From positions 6,229,985 to 6,293,984 of the forward strand of contig CAJINV010000003.1 in NCBI GenBank assembly GCA_905178155.1: a stretch of 64,000 nt of DNA. The letters run 5' to 3'. Origin of the DNA: Amoebophrya sp. A120. Its lineage: Eukaryota; Protista; Dinoflagellata. The notes under the pieces were generated by a model, which was not told the DNA's origin, searched no databases, and worked only from the letters and a program-made list of their open reading frames with translations. The stretch's first letter is position 1. Every line of letters starts with the position of its first letter. A program made the translations under genes and the position numbers. Below, piece by piece: positions 14,350 through 27,000 of this stretch.

Positions 14350-15223
14350 CTACTCCGAGACAAGCAACATAACGGCGAGACCGATCACGATGAACATCAT
14401 TAGCTCGACTATCCTGTGCAAAAGTGTCGCACTGAAAATGCAAGTCTTGCATTACAAATATTTTTCTTAAGGGAAACCAGCATGCCAATTTTTTTTTCTC
14501 ATGCTCAGGAAATTTGTAATTCATTTATACGAGCGCGATACTTTTGCACAGGATATCGACGGAACCAAAACCAATCATCGTGTAAGCGAACCGGTATGGA
14601 ATCTAAACGTTCTATCGGTCCGCGGGACAAAGTGCTGCGAAGCGCGGTGCTTTGTTCTTGCGAGGTGTTGATGACAACAAGCTCTTCTGCAAAATTGGGC
14701 TCCTACCTGCCTTTTGGCACTGCTATTTGGAAATACTTGCCATGCAGAGTACTACTTGAAACAAATACTTGCCATCTTTGAGGCGGATGGAATACTTCGA
14801 TCCCCAGGCATGGTACTACTTAGCGGTGCGACAAAAAGTTTAGGCTCCGTAACAAGTCGTCCTTGATTGCAGGGTTTCGTGCGGTTCCCACAACTAGGGC
14901 CGCAAAGACGGATCCGACACCCTGCGCAACGCCGCCCAAGGCCACGGTCGCGATACCGCAGGCCAACGTGGAGGCTCCCGCATGCCGCACACCTGTAAGT
15001 GCTTCTTGTCGCTGTCATAATTCGTTGACCATGTGCATACAAGTCTGTCAGGAAAAAAAACCGGCTACGACCAGAAAAAGACAGAGAACAGGACCCGCAA
15101 TGAGCACTTGAATGCAAATCAGCAGCACCGATTATGCAAAAATACTTCCCAAGGGATTCGTCAGGCACTGGTTCACTTTTGGAAGCTTCTGTGTGGCCGC
15201 CGCAGCCGCCGCCGTAAAGGTAC
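14350..15223 (-). CDS. ATP9: Mitochondrial ATP synthase subunit c, nuclear-encoded; 5' end not resolved
   Basis: Missing from the ORF track. Exons read VRHAGASTLACGIATVALGGVAQGVGSVFAALVVGTARNPAIKDDL|FAYTMIGFGSV|ELMMFIVIGLAVMLLVSE* (glycine zipper, RNP loop, proton-carrying Glu). Split by TIR elements 14595-14851 and 14410-14555. Confidence 0.92.
14410..14555. mobile_element. TAT-ended TIR introner in the ATP9 Glu codon, TSD TCGAC
   Basis: TIR TATCCTGTGCAAAAGT(G/A)TCGC with TCGAC on both sides (14405-14409, 14556-14560). Excision restores GTC GAG CTA. Confidence 0.95.
14595..14851. mobile_element. TAY-ended TIR introner in ATP9, diverged TSD ACCGG/ACAAG
   Basis: TATGGAATCTAAAC ... GTTTAGGCTCCGTA. 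Excision plus 5 bp gives DDL-FAYT. Confidence 0.85.
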
Positions 15224-17134
15224 CTAGATTGTACAGAATTTTGGCGAGTTGATACACAGCAACGTAAATGCCGTCTTTTTCCTAAATCTAAATTCAAATT
15301 TAAAGATTAACCTACAAGTCTAAAATAGAAAACATCCGTAAATTTGTGGATTCAAATGAAAATTTAAAGATATTTAAATCTCGTTCTCTAGTACATACCC
15401 ACGAATCTAAATCTACATCTCGGTCTATGATACTGCGGTCATCTTGTCACAATGAGGAAGAGCTGCAGAGGCTTTCATGGCGGTCGCCTTTTCACATCTT
15501 CCCCAGCTACACAGGGCCTTCCTAAAAATAGATGACCAGGGTCAGTAGATTTAGATTTCGACATAAAAGAAAGCACAAACGGTTTCTCGGACGACTGTTG
15601 CAGTAACATATTCAATCTGCAAAGCACCCAGGAGCAGTACGTTTCTCCAGAAAGGACAGCACGGACAGGGAGCGGGAGCTGGCCGTCGGTGCGCGGTTCA
15701 GGAAGGCTTGGATCATCGCCATCTTGGGATTTTCTTTGCGTTGAAGGAACCAAACACCAAAGAAATCAGGATATTTTGTAATCCTACTCGCTCAAACACT
15801 TTGCATTTCGAATTAGGATCAAGTAACGACACACACGAGTCTGCCGGGCGGCTGTTTCATTGTCTTTGCGTTTACTCTTCGCTACGCAACAAGAAAAAAA
15901 GAATGAGATGAGCTGCTGCTCCGACAACAAGACGTGGGCCGGACATTGTTCCTGGATGGCGCCAAAAAAAACAAGTACGCACATGTCAGACGCTTGGACA
16001 TCATTGATTATATCGGCTTGCTAGACTGCCGGTTGACCGCTGAGGGTGCTGCCTGCTCGTCACCAAATTTTGTCCATGTCTGCCCGGTCGTGCTTAATAG
16101 TACTGGTTGCTCGTTCTTACTTCGTCGTCCGTCGCCAGTATTGCTCACTGCGTCGTGGATAATGGTTCGATTTCTTCTCTGCTCATTGTGTCCCGGCGCA
16201 CCAGCGAAGCCACAGCTCTTTTGCTTGTTCGGAGTCCCCCCTTCAGGAATTCTCTGGTGGAGGTTTGTATATAATTTGCGTTTCGGGAAGTTGCCCTTTC
16301 ACGGCGATGATGGTGCATCTACACGCGTGACTCAGTTGTATTTGGTGCTCTGCGTAGAAGGCGCCAACAAGCAGGTTCTGCACGAGGAAGGATTCCTAAC
16401 TGGCTACTGCGCAGGAGTGACCTGCCATCTTGCCACAAACCAAAACACCGTCCGTCTCTTCGCATGCTCGATAATCCGGCAAGTCTCCGACCCGGCACCC
16501 GAACGCAAGAAGAAAAGATGGCCAAAGATTGGGCGCAACAAACGCAGCAATGGTTCACATGTGAATGCAAAAACAAAATCGCGCGCGGAGGCTTGTTCAG
16601 AAACACGGTAGGCAACACCCTCGAGGAGAACACGCTATTCATTGAACCTGCATGTCCAGAGACACACAAAAAAAGCCGTCAAGGCACAGTAAAAAAGCCG
16701 AAAGTAATTATTCGAATCTTCTCGAGAATCTGTCGGCTTCCGATTTCACACTCTTTCTGCAGTGGCACGCTTCATCCGGGAACGTGCCAGTGCAACTGTT
16801 ATGCTCCAGCGCAAGAGGCACATCTCGTGCCTGAGAACTGATACCTTTTAGTGCAGCGTATTGCTGCATCGTTTGCGCAGCAGAAATTTTGCGACTACAC
16901 ATTCGTTTCTATTGCTCTCGGCAACGGTTCCTCGGTCTACTTCTTGAGGAGCCGTTCCTTGCATTGTGCGTTGAATCCAAAATGAAGGTGTTTCTTCTCT
17001 TCCGGTCATTGTTCGTTGGAAGACGTTGGCTTGTTGCATTTTCCTTACTCGTCAGCAGCACCGGTTAGTCATCAAACAGTTCGGCACCGGCTTGTCATTT
17101 ATTCATAAGCTTGTTCTACTTTCCGGTGCAGTTC

Positions 17135-19138
17135 TTACAGATCTTTGCGCGTGAAGTAGTCTGGGTCAAAGTGGATAAGACGAATCAACCCTTCTTCTCC
17201 GCCGGTGACGTAGCTCCTTCCATCCGGGGAAATGGCGATGGTGTTCATGGGACCGAAATGGCCCTTGATGGTTCCGATTTCTTCTTCCAAGACCATGTTG
17301 AAAAGCACGGACTCGAACCCACCCTCTGTCGTTTGCGTCACTTCGCGTGCCTCCACACCACCACCGGCGAGGACGTGATACCTGTGTTGTTTTTCCGGCA
17401 CCCAGGGTCGCGTCACAATTTCATGTTCCTGCTCCTCAGAGCAGAGAGGACCCCGCATCTGTCATTTCATCGTGACCGCAGGAGTGCCAATCTAAGAAAG
17501 GGATAAAAGCATGCATGTGACATCGTCCACAATCAAAAAAGAGTAAGTAGGTCCCTAGAAGTAGGGCACTATTGCCTATCTTTCACTTACTGAGTTAGGA
17601 GTAAGTACCTTGGGTTTACTGGGTCGGTGTAAAGCGGCGAAAGCACTGCGTCGTTGAAGGGTCGGTTGCTTTGAAACTTCTTCAGGCAGGAATATTCCTG
17701 AATGTTAGAATTGAATAAAGATGGCATGGGACAACAATGAACAAGACACGATTCTAATGTGCAACACACGAGAACTCCATGATTCGCCCCGAAGTGAATA
17801 ATTCGGTACCTACTGCTTTAGGAGGACTTTCCTGATGTCAAGTCTCTACTGCAGTGTCGAAAAACAGCGGTAAAAAATGTTGATCCATAAGCTCCTACCT
17901 GAGTCTCCCACATTTTCACGGTTTTGTCTCGTGACGCGGTCAGGAGAAGGGTTCGGTTTTCGTTGAAGTTCAGCGATTTTATCGGCTGCTGGTGCGCTTC
18001 GACGAGCTTGATGAGTTGGGCATTTGAAATGTCCCACACGCAAAAGGTTCCTTCTTCATGGATCGAAATCAGGGTTTCGTCGAAGGGACCCCACTTGACC
18101 TGTCAAGGGAGAAATAAATCGTCGCAACTTAAAGAACAGCAGAAAGCGTTAAATTTCTTTGGTTGCTTGTAATGTTGCACCACACATGAATTCTTGGAAT
18201 TGTAGAAGTACAAATATCTTGTGCAAGCGATCGTAGCTGGCGCGAGAAACAAGAATAAACGAACTTACCATAGTGGCCTTCATTGGCAGCTCCTCTGCCA
18301 GCATAAGGACGCGCTCGCAGACGGGATCGTCTGTGGTAAAGTCAAATTGCCAGATGCTGATGTTATTTGGCGTGGTCTTGAATTTGTCAGCGCACGTGAC
18401 AATGCGATCCTGGCATTCGGGGTGCTGGTTGAACTCGACGGACCTGTTGTGTGGGGCGGGGTTGCTCAAAAATGCTTTTTATGTACATTTCATCACTTAG
18501 TTCCGGTCAACATTCTCCCTCCCTTCCTTCGGTAAAAATGGAGGCATGAATGCAACACGGCGATGCAACTCAATCAGCTCAGACAAGAATCATGTAATGT
18601 GTCACTTAAATTTTGGAGTATATGAAATACTTGACAATTCCGCCGTGGTTCAAACTGTAGATAACATCGCCGGTCTGAGCATCGTAGAAAACCACCCTGC
18701 TGTCTGCGCCGGCTGTTACCACCATGCTTGATTCCGCATCGATGTCACACGATTTGCTGTTGTGAAATGATCATGGTAGCATGTACTAACTGTAACTTGG
18801 GTTGGAGTACATAAAAAACACTGTAGGGAATTCCTCTTTACAACTTTTCCGTCTATGCATTTTGCAGAGATTCAGAGCATATTCATGCATTTTGCAAAAC
18901 GTGCCGCGGAGTGCAAATACCTCAAGCAAGAACAGCGAAAAAAAAAGATATTGGAGGGGGTTTGATACATTGCACCGTCGTGTCCCTCGTACGTTCCGAT
19001 TCTCTCGCCGGTTTCGGTTCGGATAAGACAACATCGCCCATCGTTGGCACTGGAAATGAAAAAGTCCCCGTCCCGATTGAATCGCACGCAGGTCAGCGGA
19101 CGCGAGTGGTACTGCAACAGAAACGGCTTCTGCACCAT
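17135..19138 (-). CDS. EIF3I: Translation initiation factor 3 subunit I (WD40), 6 exons
   Basis: MVQKPFLLQYHSRPLTCVRFNRDGD...GERIGTYEGHDGA; C-terminal EEEIGTIKGHFGPMNTIAISPDGRSYVTGGEEGLIRL. GT-AG introns 18757-18968, 18444-18630, 18100-18268, 17698-17898, 17382-17608. Confidence 0.95.
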
Positions 19139-19855
19139 TTTCAAGAAGTCTTAATTCATAAACTCGAAAATAGAGTAAGGTAGGTGAAGATGAAACAAGT
19201 GGAGAATGAGAATGTTCCGATTGCAAGGCTTCGATAAAAAGGGTAATATTAGCGTGAAACTTGTTCTCTAAATCCAAATCAATAGCCTGAGAAGAGCATT
19301 CGTCATCGGCAGTGCAGTATATCTGTATTTGATTGACCAACAACTGCAGGCGCTTCGATCTACACATCTGTGCCGATTGGCATTGGCTTGTAGTGAAGCA
19401 TAAAGCAATCTTCTTTTACAGCAAGCTTCGAACCAGAAAGGTTCGGAACTCAAACTCCAGATCTGTTGCATATGCATTTCGCAATTTTGATCGCAGGTCA
19501 GCTGGTGATCTCCGTGCTTCTTACGATCTGCGTCAGTTCTTCCTGCGTCTTCATCTGTATAATCGAAGGAGCGTATATTTCACGGTTCTTGATCTTTCGG
19601 GCCATTTTTTCGTGTTTATTTGTAGAAAAATCCACTCGAAGAACAGTGTAAGTTCTTCGCTTCGACATCCAACGTCCACTGGATTGAAGACCTCCAGCAT
19701 ATAGATATGCAACTTTCTTTCGTACTTGTTTGCATGAACATGATGAAAACGCGATAGGACAACATCTTCACCATCTGCTTAGTACTCAGAACGCCGAAGC
19801 GAACTGCATTGGCACAGCAACCCCCAAGAGCAGAAGTGATTCCGGTTGTTACTAA

Positions 19856-22800
19856 CTAGTATTCCGCCGTTATTCCAAACACCTCGTTGCGCTTTTTCTG
19901 TCCACTCTTTTGAGACATCTTGGCATCCCGTCGCTGCTGTCGTTTGGTTCGTGGCGGTGCCGGTCGATGACCCAGCATTTCCGCCAGAGACGCCGGATTC
20001 CAGTCCTCCCATGCGTCGTACGCAGCTACGTTGTGTGAAGGAGTATCATTTTGGGCATAATTTTCCCGATTTCTTGATACAGTCCCTTGTTCAACAGCGC
20101 TCTCCTCCTCCGCGATGCAGGCGAGCTCTTGCTGTGCGTCGTGTGTCTCATCTTCCTCCTCCTCGGAATCCGGCGGGAGCAGCGTCTCCACTTTGTTCCT
20201 TTTTTCTGCATTCCTTTCCGCCGGTTCTTCGTCTGTGGTCGTCTCGCCCTCAAAGTGGCCCTGTTGCTCCCCGCCCGCAGCACCTCCCTCGAGGGCGGAA
20301 GAAATAGAAGCTGCTCCTCCCGGCGGCGGTTCACAGTGCAGCAGTACTCCGGTGGTGAAGTCCTTCAACAACCGCTGCGCCGCCCAAGTGGTGTCGGGCA
20401 CCAGGTCCCGCAAAAAGTGCTTCCGTGCGGTGGCGAAGGACGCCAAAAAGCGCATGGACTCCGATTGCGCGGTGCCCGGAATCTTCAGGGGCGCGCACTT
20501 GTACATCTCGTACAGCTTTCTGGTGCCCACTTTTTCCACAATCAGCTCGATCGGCTTCAGGTACTCCGACCGCAGCTGGTCGATGGGCATCACCGAGTTG
20601 ATGACCAAATGCGCTTTCGTGGCGACGATGGAGGGAAACACCAGCCCCGGGCAGTCACACAGCGTGAACTGCTCCCCCTCCAGGGTTTGAAAATGCTTCG
20701 TCTTGCCCGGCTGCCGGGACATGGAAACCTTCTTCGTCCCGAACAGCGCGTTGATGATGGAAGACTTCCCGACGTTCGGGTACCCGCAAAACCCCACGAC
20801 GGGTTTGGCAGCCTGCGTCTCCGGTGGCAGCTGGGAAACCAGGAATCGCATCAAGCCCTCGCAATCCAAAATGTCGGTGCCGTCGCCACTGTTGTGGTCG
20901 ACGTCCGAGGACTCAATTTGATGTTCCGCAGGTCGTGGTTGTGCAGCTTCTTGCTGTTCAGCGGGCTGTGCTACAGGCATTGTGTGAAAATGAGTCAAGC
21001 CACTTTCTCTGCTCTCAACGACTTGTTCCACCTCAGTGAAGGTCCCTCCTCTTGGGTCGCAAGCGATGTTTTGTTGATCTGGTGTCCCCGTGCCGCCTGA
21101 CGTTTTATTCGATGTCCTCACCGAAGTAGAACCCGCACCATTATCTTTGCCCTCCGTTTCATCGTGATCCTCGGTCTCGCTTGTTTCTTCCTCGTCTTCA
21201 GTGCTAAGACTCTCGAGGCTGAGAAAAACGGACTTCGGTTTTTGCTGTACGCTAGTACAGACTTTGATGTAGTCCGCAGCGGGCATTGCCATTGCCGCCG
21301 GCGTGTTTTTCGGCCCTTTTCGCATTCGCCGCGTTTTTTCCATTTCTAGCTCCATTTTTTCTGCAACGACTGCGGCATTGGTTGTGGGAGGCTTCTTGCT
21401 TTTTTGAGACATCACGTTGCCAGCTCCGTGATGAGCAGACGCGGCGGTCACGAAAGCAGGCTCCTTGTGCGCTCGTCTTCGCGATTTCTTTGAAGCTGCC
21501 CCGTTTTGTTCCGCATGTTCAGCGACGGAGATCTTTGATGTTCCATGGTCCTGATCAGCAGTGCTGCCGGTCGTGGCCTCGTGCTGGTCGTCTGCCTCCT
21601 TCTGAGCGATGACTTCCGTTGGTAAGTCAAGATCGATTCCCAGCTTCGCGAGCTCGTATTTGGCCGAGAAGAAGGCGACCGTCACGTTTTGCCGCGCGAA
21701 GTACTCCCGCCACTGCTGCCGCAGGTTCGCCGGCATGTAGTCCGCCTTGTTCAAAATCAGCAGCGTCTTCTTCGGTGTCCTCTTCATTCTCGCGTCCGTC
21801 TTTGCCTGCATTGCCGACGCGGTCGCCGCGAACGCAACGGAGCTCAGCATTTGCGCATTCATCGCAGCCAGCTCATCCTGCTCCTCATTTTCCAAAACAG
21901 GAGCGAGATCGCCCTTGTCGGTCATTTCGCTGGTTTTTGCGCAAGATGAACCTTCATCATCTTCTGCCACGCTGCTGTAGTCGGACGCCTCCTGCTCCTC
22001 ATCATCACTGCAGGCATCCGCGGCGGAGGTGGATGCTGGTCCTCCTCGTCGTGCCGGTTGTACTACATTCGGCTCTCCTCCGCCTAATTCCTTGACGTAA
22101 TTTTCCAGGTCCAGACTACGGTAGAACAGCGGGTCTCGGCAATCGCAAATCGTGCAGACCAAATCGGATTTTTCGCACACCCGCCACAACTGCCGCCAAA
22201 AGTCCAGGTTCCGCTCGAAGGGCGTCATCACGAATCCGAAGTCCTCCTCCAATTGGGCCAACTTTTTGCGCCACTGCAGAAAAGACTCGTTCTCCTTTTT
22301 CTGCAACTGTTCGCCATCCACAATCGCCTGCCCAACTTCCGTCTCCATATCGAACCACATGGGTCGTCGAGGAATAGGAATGATCACACCTGTAGTGCGG
22401 TAGGAAAGGAAATGCTTGTGCTTACTTATTTCATCCATTCCAATTAAACCAAATGCATCACATTCAGCACGGATTTTTTTGGTTTTGCACTAGTATTTTT
22501 ACCAGAATTACTTTCGATTTCGTGATTCTGAACAACACCGCCCTGAGCACTTGCAAGAATGAAGCAAAGGGTTTTCAGGGTTAAAAAGCTCAATCGATTG
22601 AAAATAATCCAGACAGTGCATATAATGTTCTCAGCGTTGGATTTCTGTATTGTCGAGTTTTCTCATCCTACAGTCCATAACAATAAAGCTGGCGGTGGAG
22701 TCCACCCACAGTCCATAACAATAAAGCGGAAAAAAAATTAAAATGCGCGCGAAAAGCGGATACCTTGAATCTCCGCGAGCTTCCTGTCCATACCCAACTG

Positions 22801-23058
22801 CTTTTCCCTCTGCGCGACCACGTTTTTATCCACCAGGGAGAAGCGTCCGCGAATGGCTTCGAATTCCGCATTCGCCAGCTCCGCTTTCGCGAGAAAGTCG
22901 TCTAAGTTGGAAGATTCCAAGCAGGACACTCCGTGCTCCTGGCCTTCAAGAAAGGTCCGCTTTCCGTGAAAATGAAAGGCTGCGTTGGTTTCGCTGGCTT
23001 TTTTCTGGGCATTGTTGATCGCCTTACCGAGCCCGCAGCTGTACTTTTTTTTCCCCAT
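19856..23058 (-). CDS. LSG1: Large subunit GTPase 1 (circularly permuted GTPase)
   Basis: TPFERNLDFWRQLWRVCEKSD, NKAD, GYPNVGKSS, PGKTKHFQT, DCPGLVFP. One GT-AG intron 22390-22763. Long low-complexity insertions. Confidence 0.95.
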
Positions 23059-24033
23059 TGTGTCTGTTGTCGCAATACTTTAAATTCAACTGATCAGCGC
23101 AAGATTTTGAATGAATCACACGTAAGTGGTACTTGCAATGAAGTTACTTTGGCTGCGTGCACGAGGACTGAAAAGCTAACGCACCTTTGCTTAACGAGTT
23201 ATCTTTACACTTAAACACCCAAGATTTCTGACTGTCCTAAAAAAAAACCGCAAACTGCATCAAGTTCAAGTCCATCTGTAAAATAAGTTGAATCAGGTCG
23301 CGGTCTCGATTTCGGATCTGATTCCGTGGCACGGGAATTTGATCGGTTGCACCTACGATCCGTAGCCATGTTCCTGTAAGAAGCTACGTCGATCCGTTGC
23401 AATGTTTTCTTGTGATCTGTGTTTGTCGAATTTGTCGTTTTTTGTGATCATGATCTCTCCTTTCTTGTAGTCGGGATCAATAGCAGAATCAGAATGACAA
23501 TTTAAAGTTCTTTTGTGCCGGGACAGAAATCAATGGTTTTCCTTGCTCACCTAGGACACGGACACTGGTGTCCTGTGTGACAATAATACAATAAATTTTT
23601 CTTTCAAGTTTTCATGAGCGCTAGCGCTGCGCGGTATGACGGTTTCCTTTCAGTACTCATAAGTCTGCAGAAGCAGATGCAAAATAATCATAGCGCACGG
23701 TGTGCGTCAGGAATGGAATTCTGTGCAGCTTACAGCTGTATCGGTCGTCAAGTCTTCGGTGAAAGTGAAGACGCAAAAAAAGCTCAAGAGAAAATAAACG
23801 TGCAATGTTTTTTCCTAAAAAAGTCTCGTCAGAGTAGATATTTCGACATTAATTGGCTCAACATGTTTCCTTTCTCGTCTTACTTTCCGATTTAATAGAT
23901 AAAATGAATTCCAACGAAGTTGGTACATGGCAGAGTACTAGCCCCAAGAGATTTACAGTGCCGACATCGTACGGTTCTTACGCGAACCATACAGACCGCA
24001 ACACAGCCCCGTCGTGATCAATCGCAAGAAGCG

Positions 24034-27000
24034 TCATCGGCCCGCAGTCGCGGCGCTGTTTGGTTGTCGCGCAGCAACACCGAATTGCCTCTTCGGGTAT
24101 TTGAATTTCCGGAGGTCCACAGTTGCTGCTGCTGCTGCTGCATTTTCCCGATTTTCAAAGGACGCATACAAGCTCCACGGGTCGAACCTCGGTGTCGCCG
24201 ACTGCCCGCGATTTTTCCCGAACCCCTTTTCTGGACTGCGACTGGATCCACGGTTGGGTGGTGCGCCGGCAGATGCGGATCTCGATCGTGGCAGTTGCTC
24301 CACCCCGCTCAGATTGCTTTGCGAGATGTCCCCGAGAAGGACGCCTTGCCCGGGGGCCACTACAGGGCGACCGGTGCCATTTCGAACCATACCGCCGGTC
24401 CTGTTTAAGATCGAGGATTTATTTTCAGTGCAATGTTGAATTGGAGGCGACAACCATTAGGCGAAGAAACAAATTCAAAAACTAGCTGTTTCCTGATTCA
24501 TGGCTGCTTCAATTATTGAGAATACAGTCCGGGTTGCGTGACCACCATCTTCGGCGTGTACCCTTTCTGCACTTTGTTTGGTGTCTGTACTGGCCTCCTC
24601 ACCGCACCTCCCTGGGGCGTTTGTGCTTTCTTCGCGGCACTCGTGGTCAGCGCAGTCTGAATCATCCAGTCGCGCGGAATCGCGAGGTGCTTGTACATGT
24701 GACAAATCAAACGATGCTGGCGCTCGCATTTCTCCACCACTTTCACTGTAGAATTTTTTTTCCAGGTTTATTTTGACATCCCTGATTGCTTCGTACTTAG
24801 ATCAGCAAACAGTCTGTGGTTGTACTGTTGCCACTTTCAAACCAGATAGTTCGTAGCAACAGCAAGCAAACATCAACAAAACAAAGGGTACGACAAAAGC
24901 CAACTCGCTTTACGTACTGAGAATGTCGGCGATGTGTGATTTCGTAGTGAGATTCTCGCGCTCGGCCAGCAGATCCGTGTCCTCAACTCCGATAGGCAGA
25001 TGCCGTGGGTTGATCGGTATCCTTTGCTGCAGAACTCGCAGCGCCTCGAGTTTCGCCTCGTCTTCGTAGAATTTCCGGTGCTCCATGCTCTTGTCTAACC
25101 AGCTCTTGAGCTCTAGGTTGTGCTGGTGCTGCTCGTGGGAAGATGAGTACGTCGTGGTCCCGTGACTAACACCTGTTTATCATTTGTTCACTTAAGTACG
25201 TATAAGTATTTCATCAGGGGCTTAGCTTTATCGGAACCAACTACAACTTCCTGATCACATACAAGAATTCAAGAGACTTTGTCTTTGACTTTTGGTACTT
25301 TCAAATACTGACAAGCATGGGGCCGTCCTCGCCGTTTATGACCACAGCTTCGCGAGCAGCATCGTATCATCATGGTTCATCTTGAAAACAACGCAAGTGA
25401 ACAAGTGGTCAAGAAGTAGAACCTCGGCTATTTGGGTAGGCCATCCCTCCAGAGGCCGATGTTGAGTACGAACCCACCGGGTAGTGAGCCGAAAAAAGAT
25501 TGAAGTCGTCGGCCGCTGCGCTTGCCGTGAGCTGGCTCCGCACGGGCGGCCCTCCTTCGGGGTCGAGACCCAAGCGGCTTTTCGGTTGGAAGCTGGAGGA
25601 AAGCCACTCGTGATACTGCTGGTTTCGCGTCTCGATGCTGGCCAACTTCTCCTGTTCCTGTTTTCTTGCGTCGTCCCTCGCTCGCTTCTGCTCCTGCTGC
25701 TGCCAGAAAGAGGACAAGCCCGGCGGGCCGGAGCTCGTGGTTGGGGAAAACGATCCCGACGACGGAACGGTGGGGGGTGGCCGTCGAGGCACTCGTGTGG
25801 TTGGTGGCTATGACGATGCACAACTTTTTCCCACCGGCACCACTTGCGATGCAAAATCCTATGCGTTCCACACCCAGTCTCTTCCAAGATCAGTATAAAC
25901 GTAGTCTGATATCAATCAAGTTCTTCTTGCAGAAGCGCAGCACTAACACAAATCGTACATCACTATACTCGTGGTGAGAAAGCTTTAGAAGCTTTTACGG
26001 ATACGGTATATAACATTTCCATTGTTGAAGAACCATGGTGTGTCGTGCCCTTGCATACGCGCACCGGGACGAGTTGAGACATCTCATAGTGGCAAGCTGC
26101 GGAATATGCGGCGTCGCTTCGATTTTGCCTCAGCCGCTGGGTCGGCGCACCCTTGATACAACAGCTCGTCTTCGCAATAGGGCTTTTCTAACATCTCCTC
26201 AACCTCGCCGGCCGCCATGACGTCGTCGAACTCAGTGCGCGGCTCAACCACGGGTCTCTCCAGGGAAGACTCATGGTAGTACACGAGATTTTTCGCAGCA
26301 ACGGACGCCGCACTCACCTGCTCGTTTCGAATGCGCGGCGAGCCGGACCCCTGAGGGACCCGCGTCATGGGAGCAGGCTCTTCCTTTTTTTCCAGATCGA
26401 CAAACCGATGCGCGTATTTGTCGAGCTCGGACTGCGGAAAGATTTCTTTGCTAGGCAATTGCGATCTATTTATTTCCGAGTCACCGCTTCTTCGCGCGTG
26501 GTCGGTGTTTGTGGGTGGCGAATGGTCGAGGAGGTTGCGCCGTCCAATTTTTGGGGACAGCACCGTTCGACCTGCGTCCTTTCGGGATTCCTGCAACTGC
26601 CGCAAGCTGTCGTTTGCCGGCCGGCGTCCCAGCAGGCTCCGGCTGTGCTGGTCGCGCGCAAGCATGGCGTCGCGCGGGGGCTGCGTCGCCTGAGGCTGCC
26701 CCAGCCGCGGCGGGCTGCCGCTTCGGGGGCCACCGGCGTTCATAGCGTCTTGTATTCTGTTAGACACCGTTGTGTGCGACGGGGGTTCCTGCCCGGCGGA
26801 CGTTTTCGCTAGAACCCGATTCGCTTGCTCCAACACACTGTTTTGTGTTGCAAACAGGTCCTCCAGACTGCTGCGCGCCTTGCTCATCCCCTCCAGGGCA
26901 CCAGGAGGCGGCCCGAGAAAGTCACTCGTGTTTGGCTGAATCACCGAGGGGGAGTTGAACAAATGTGAGGACGAGCTCGTGGCAGGTTTGTTCATCGGCG

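Noticed and set aside
15396-15565. Possible further element (13-bp inverted repeat AATCTAAATCTAC with TA ends)
   Set aside because: No matching 5-bp flanks and no frame test is possible; at best an old relic.
18757-18968. eIF3i intron 1 starting G-TATCAAAC as an active introner
   Set aside because: No matching right TIR or TSD; it is a normal GT-AG intron.
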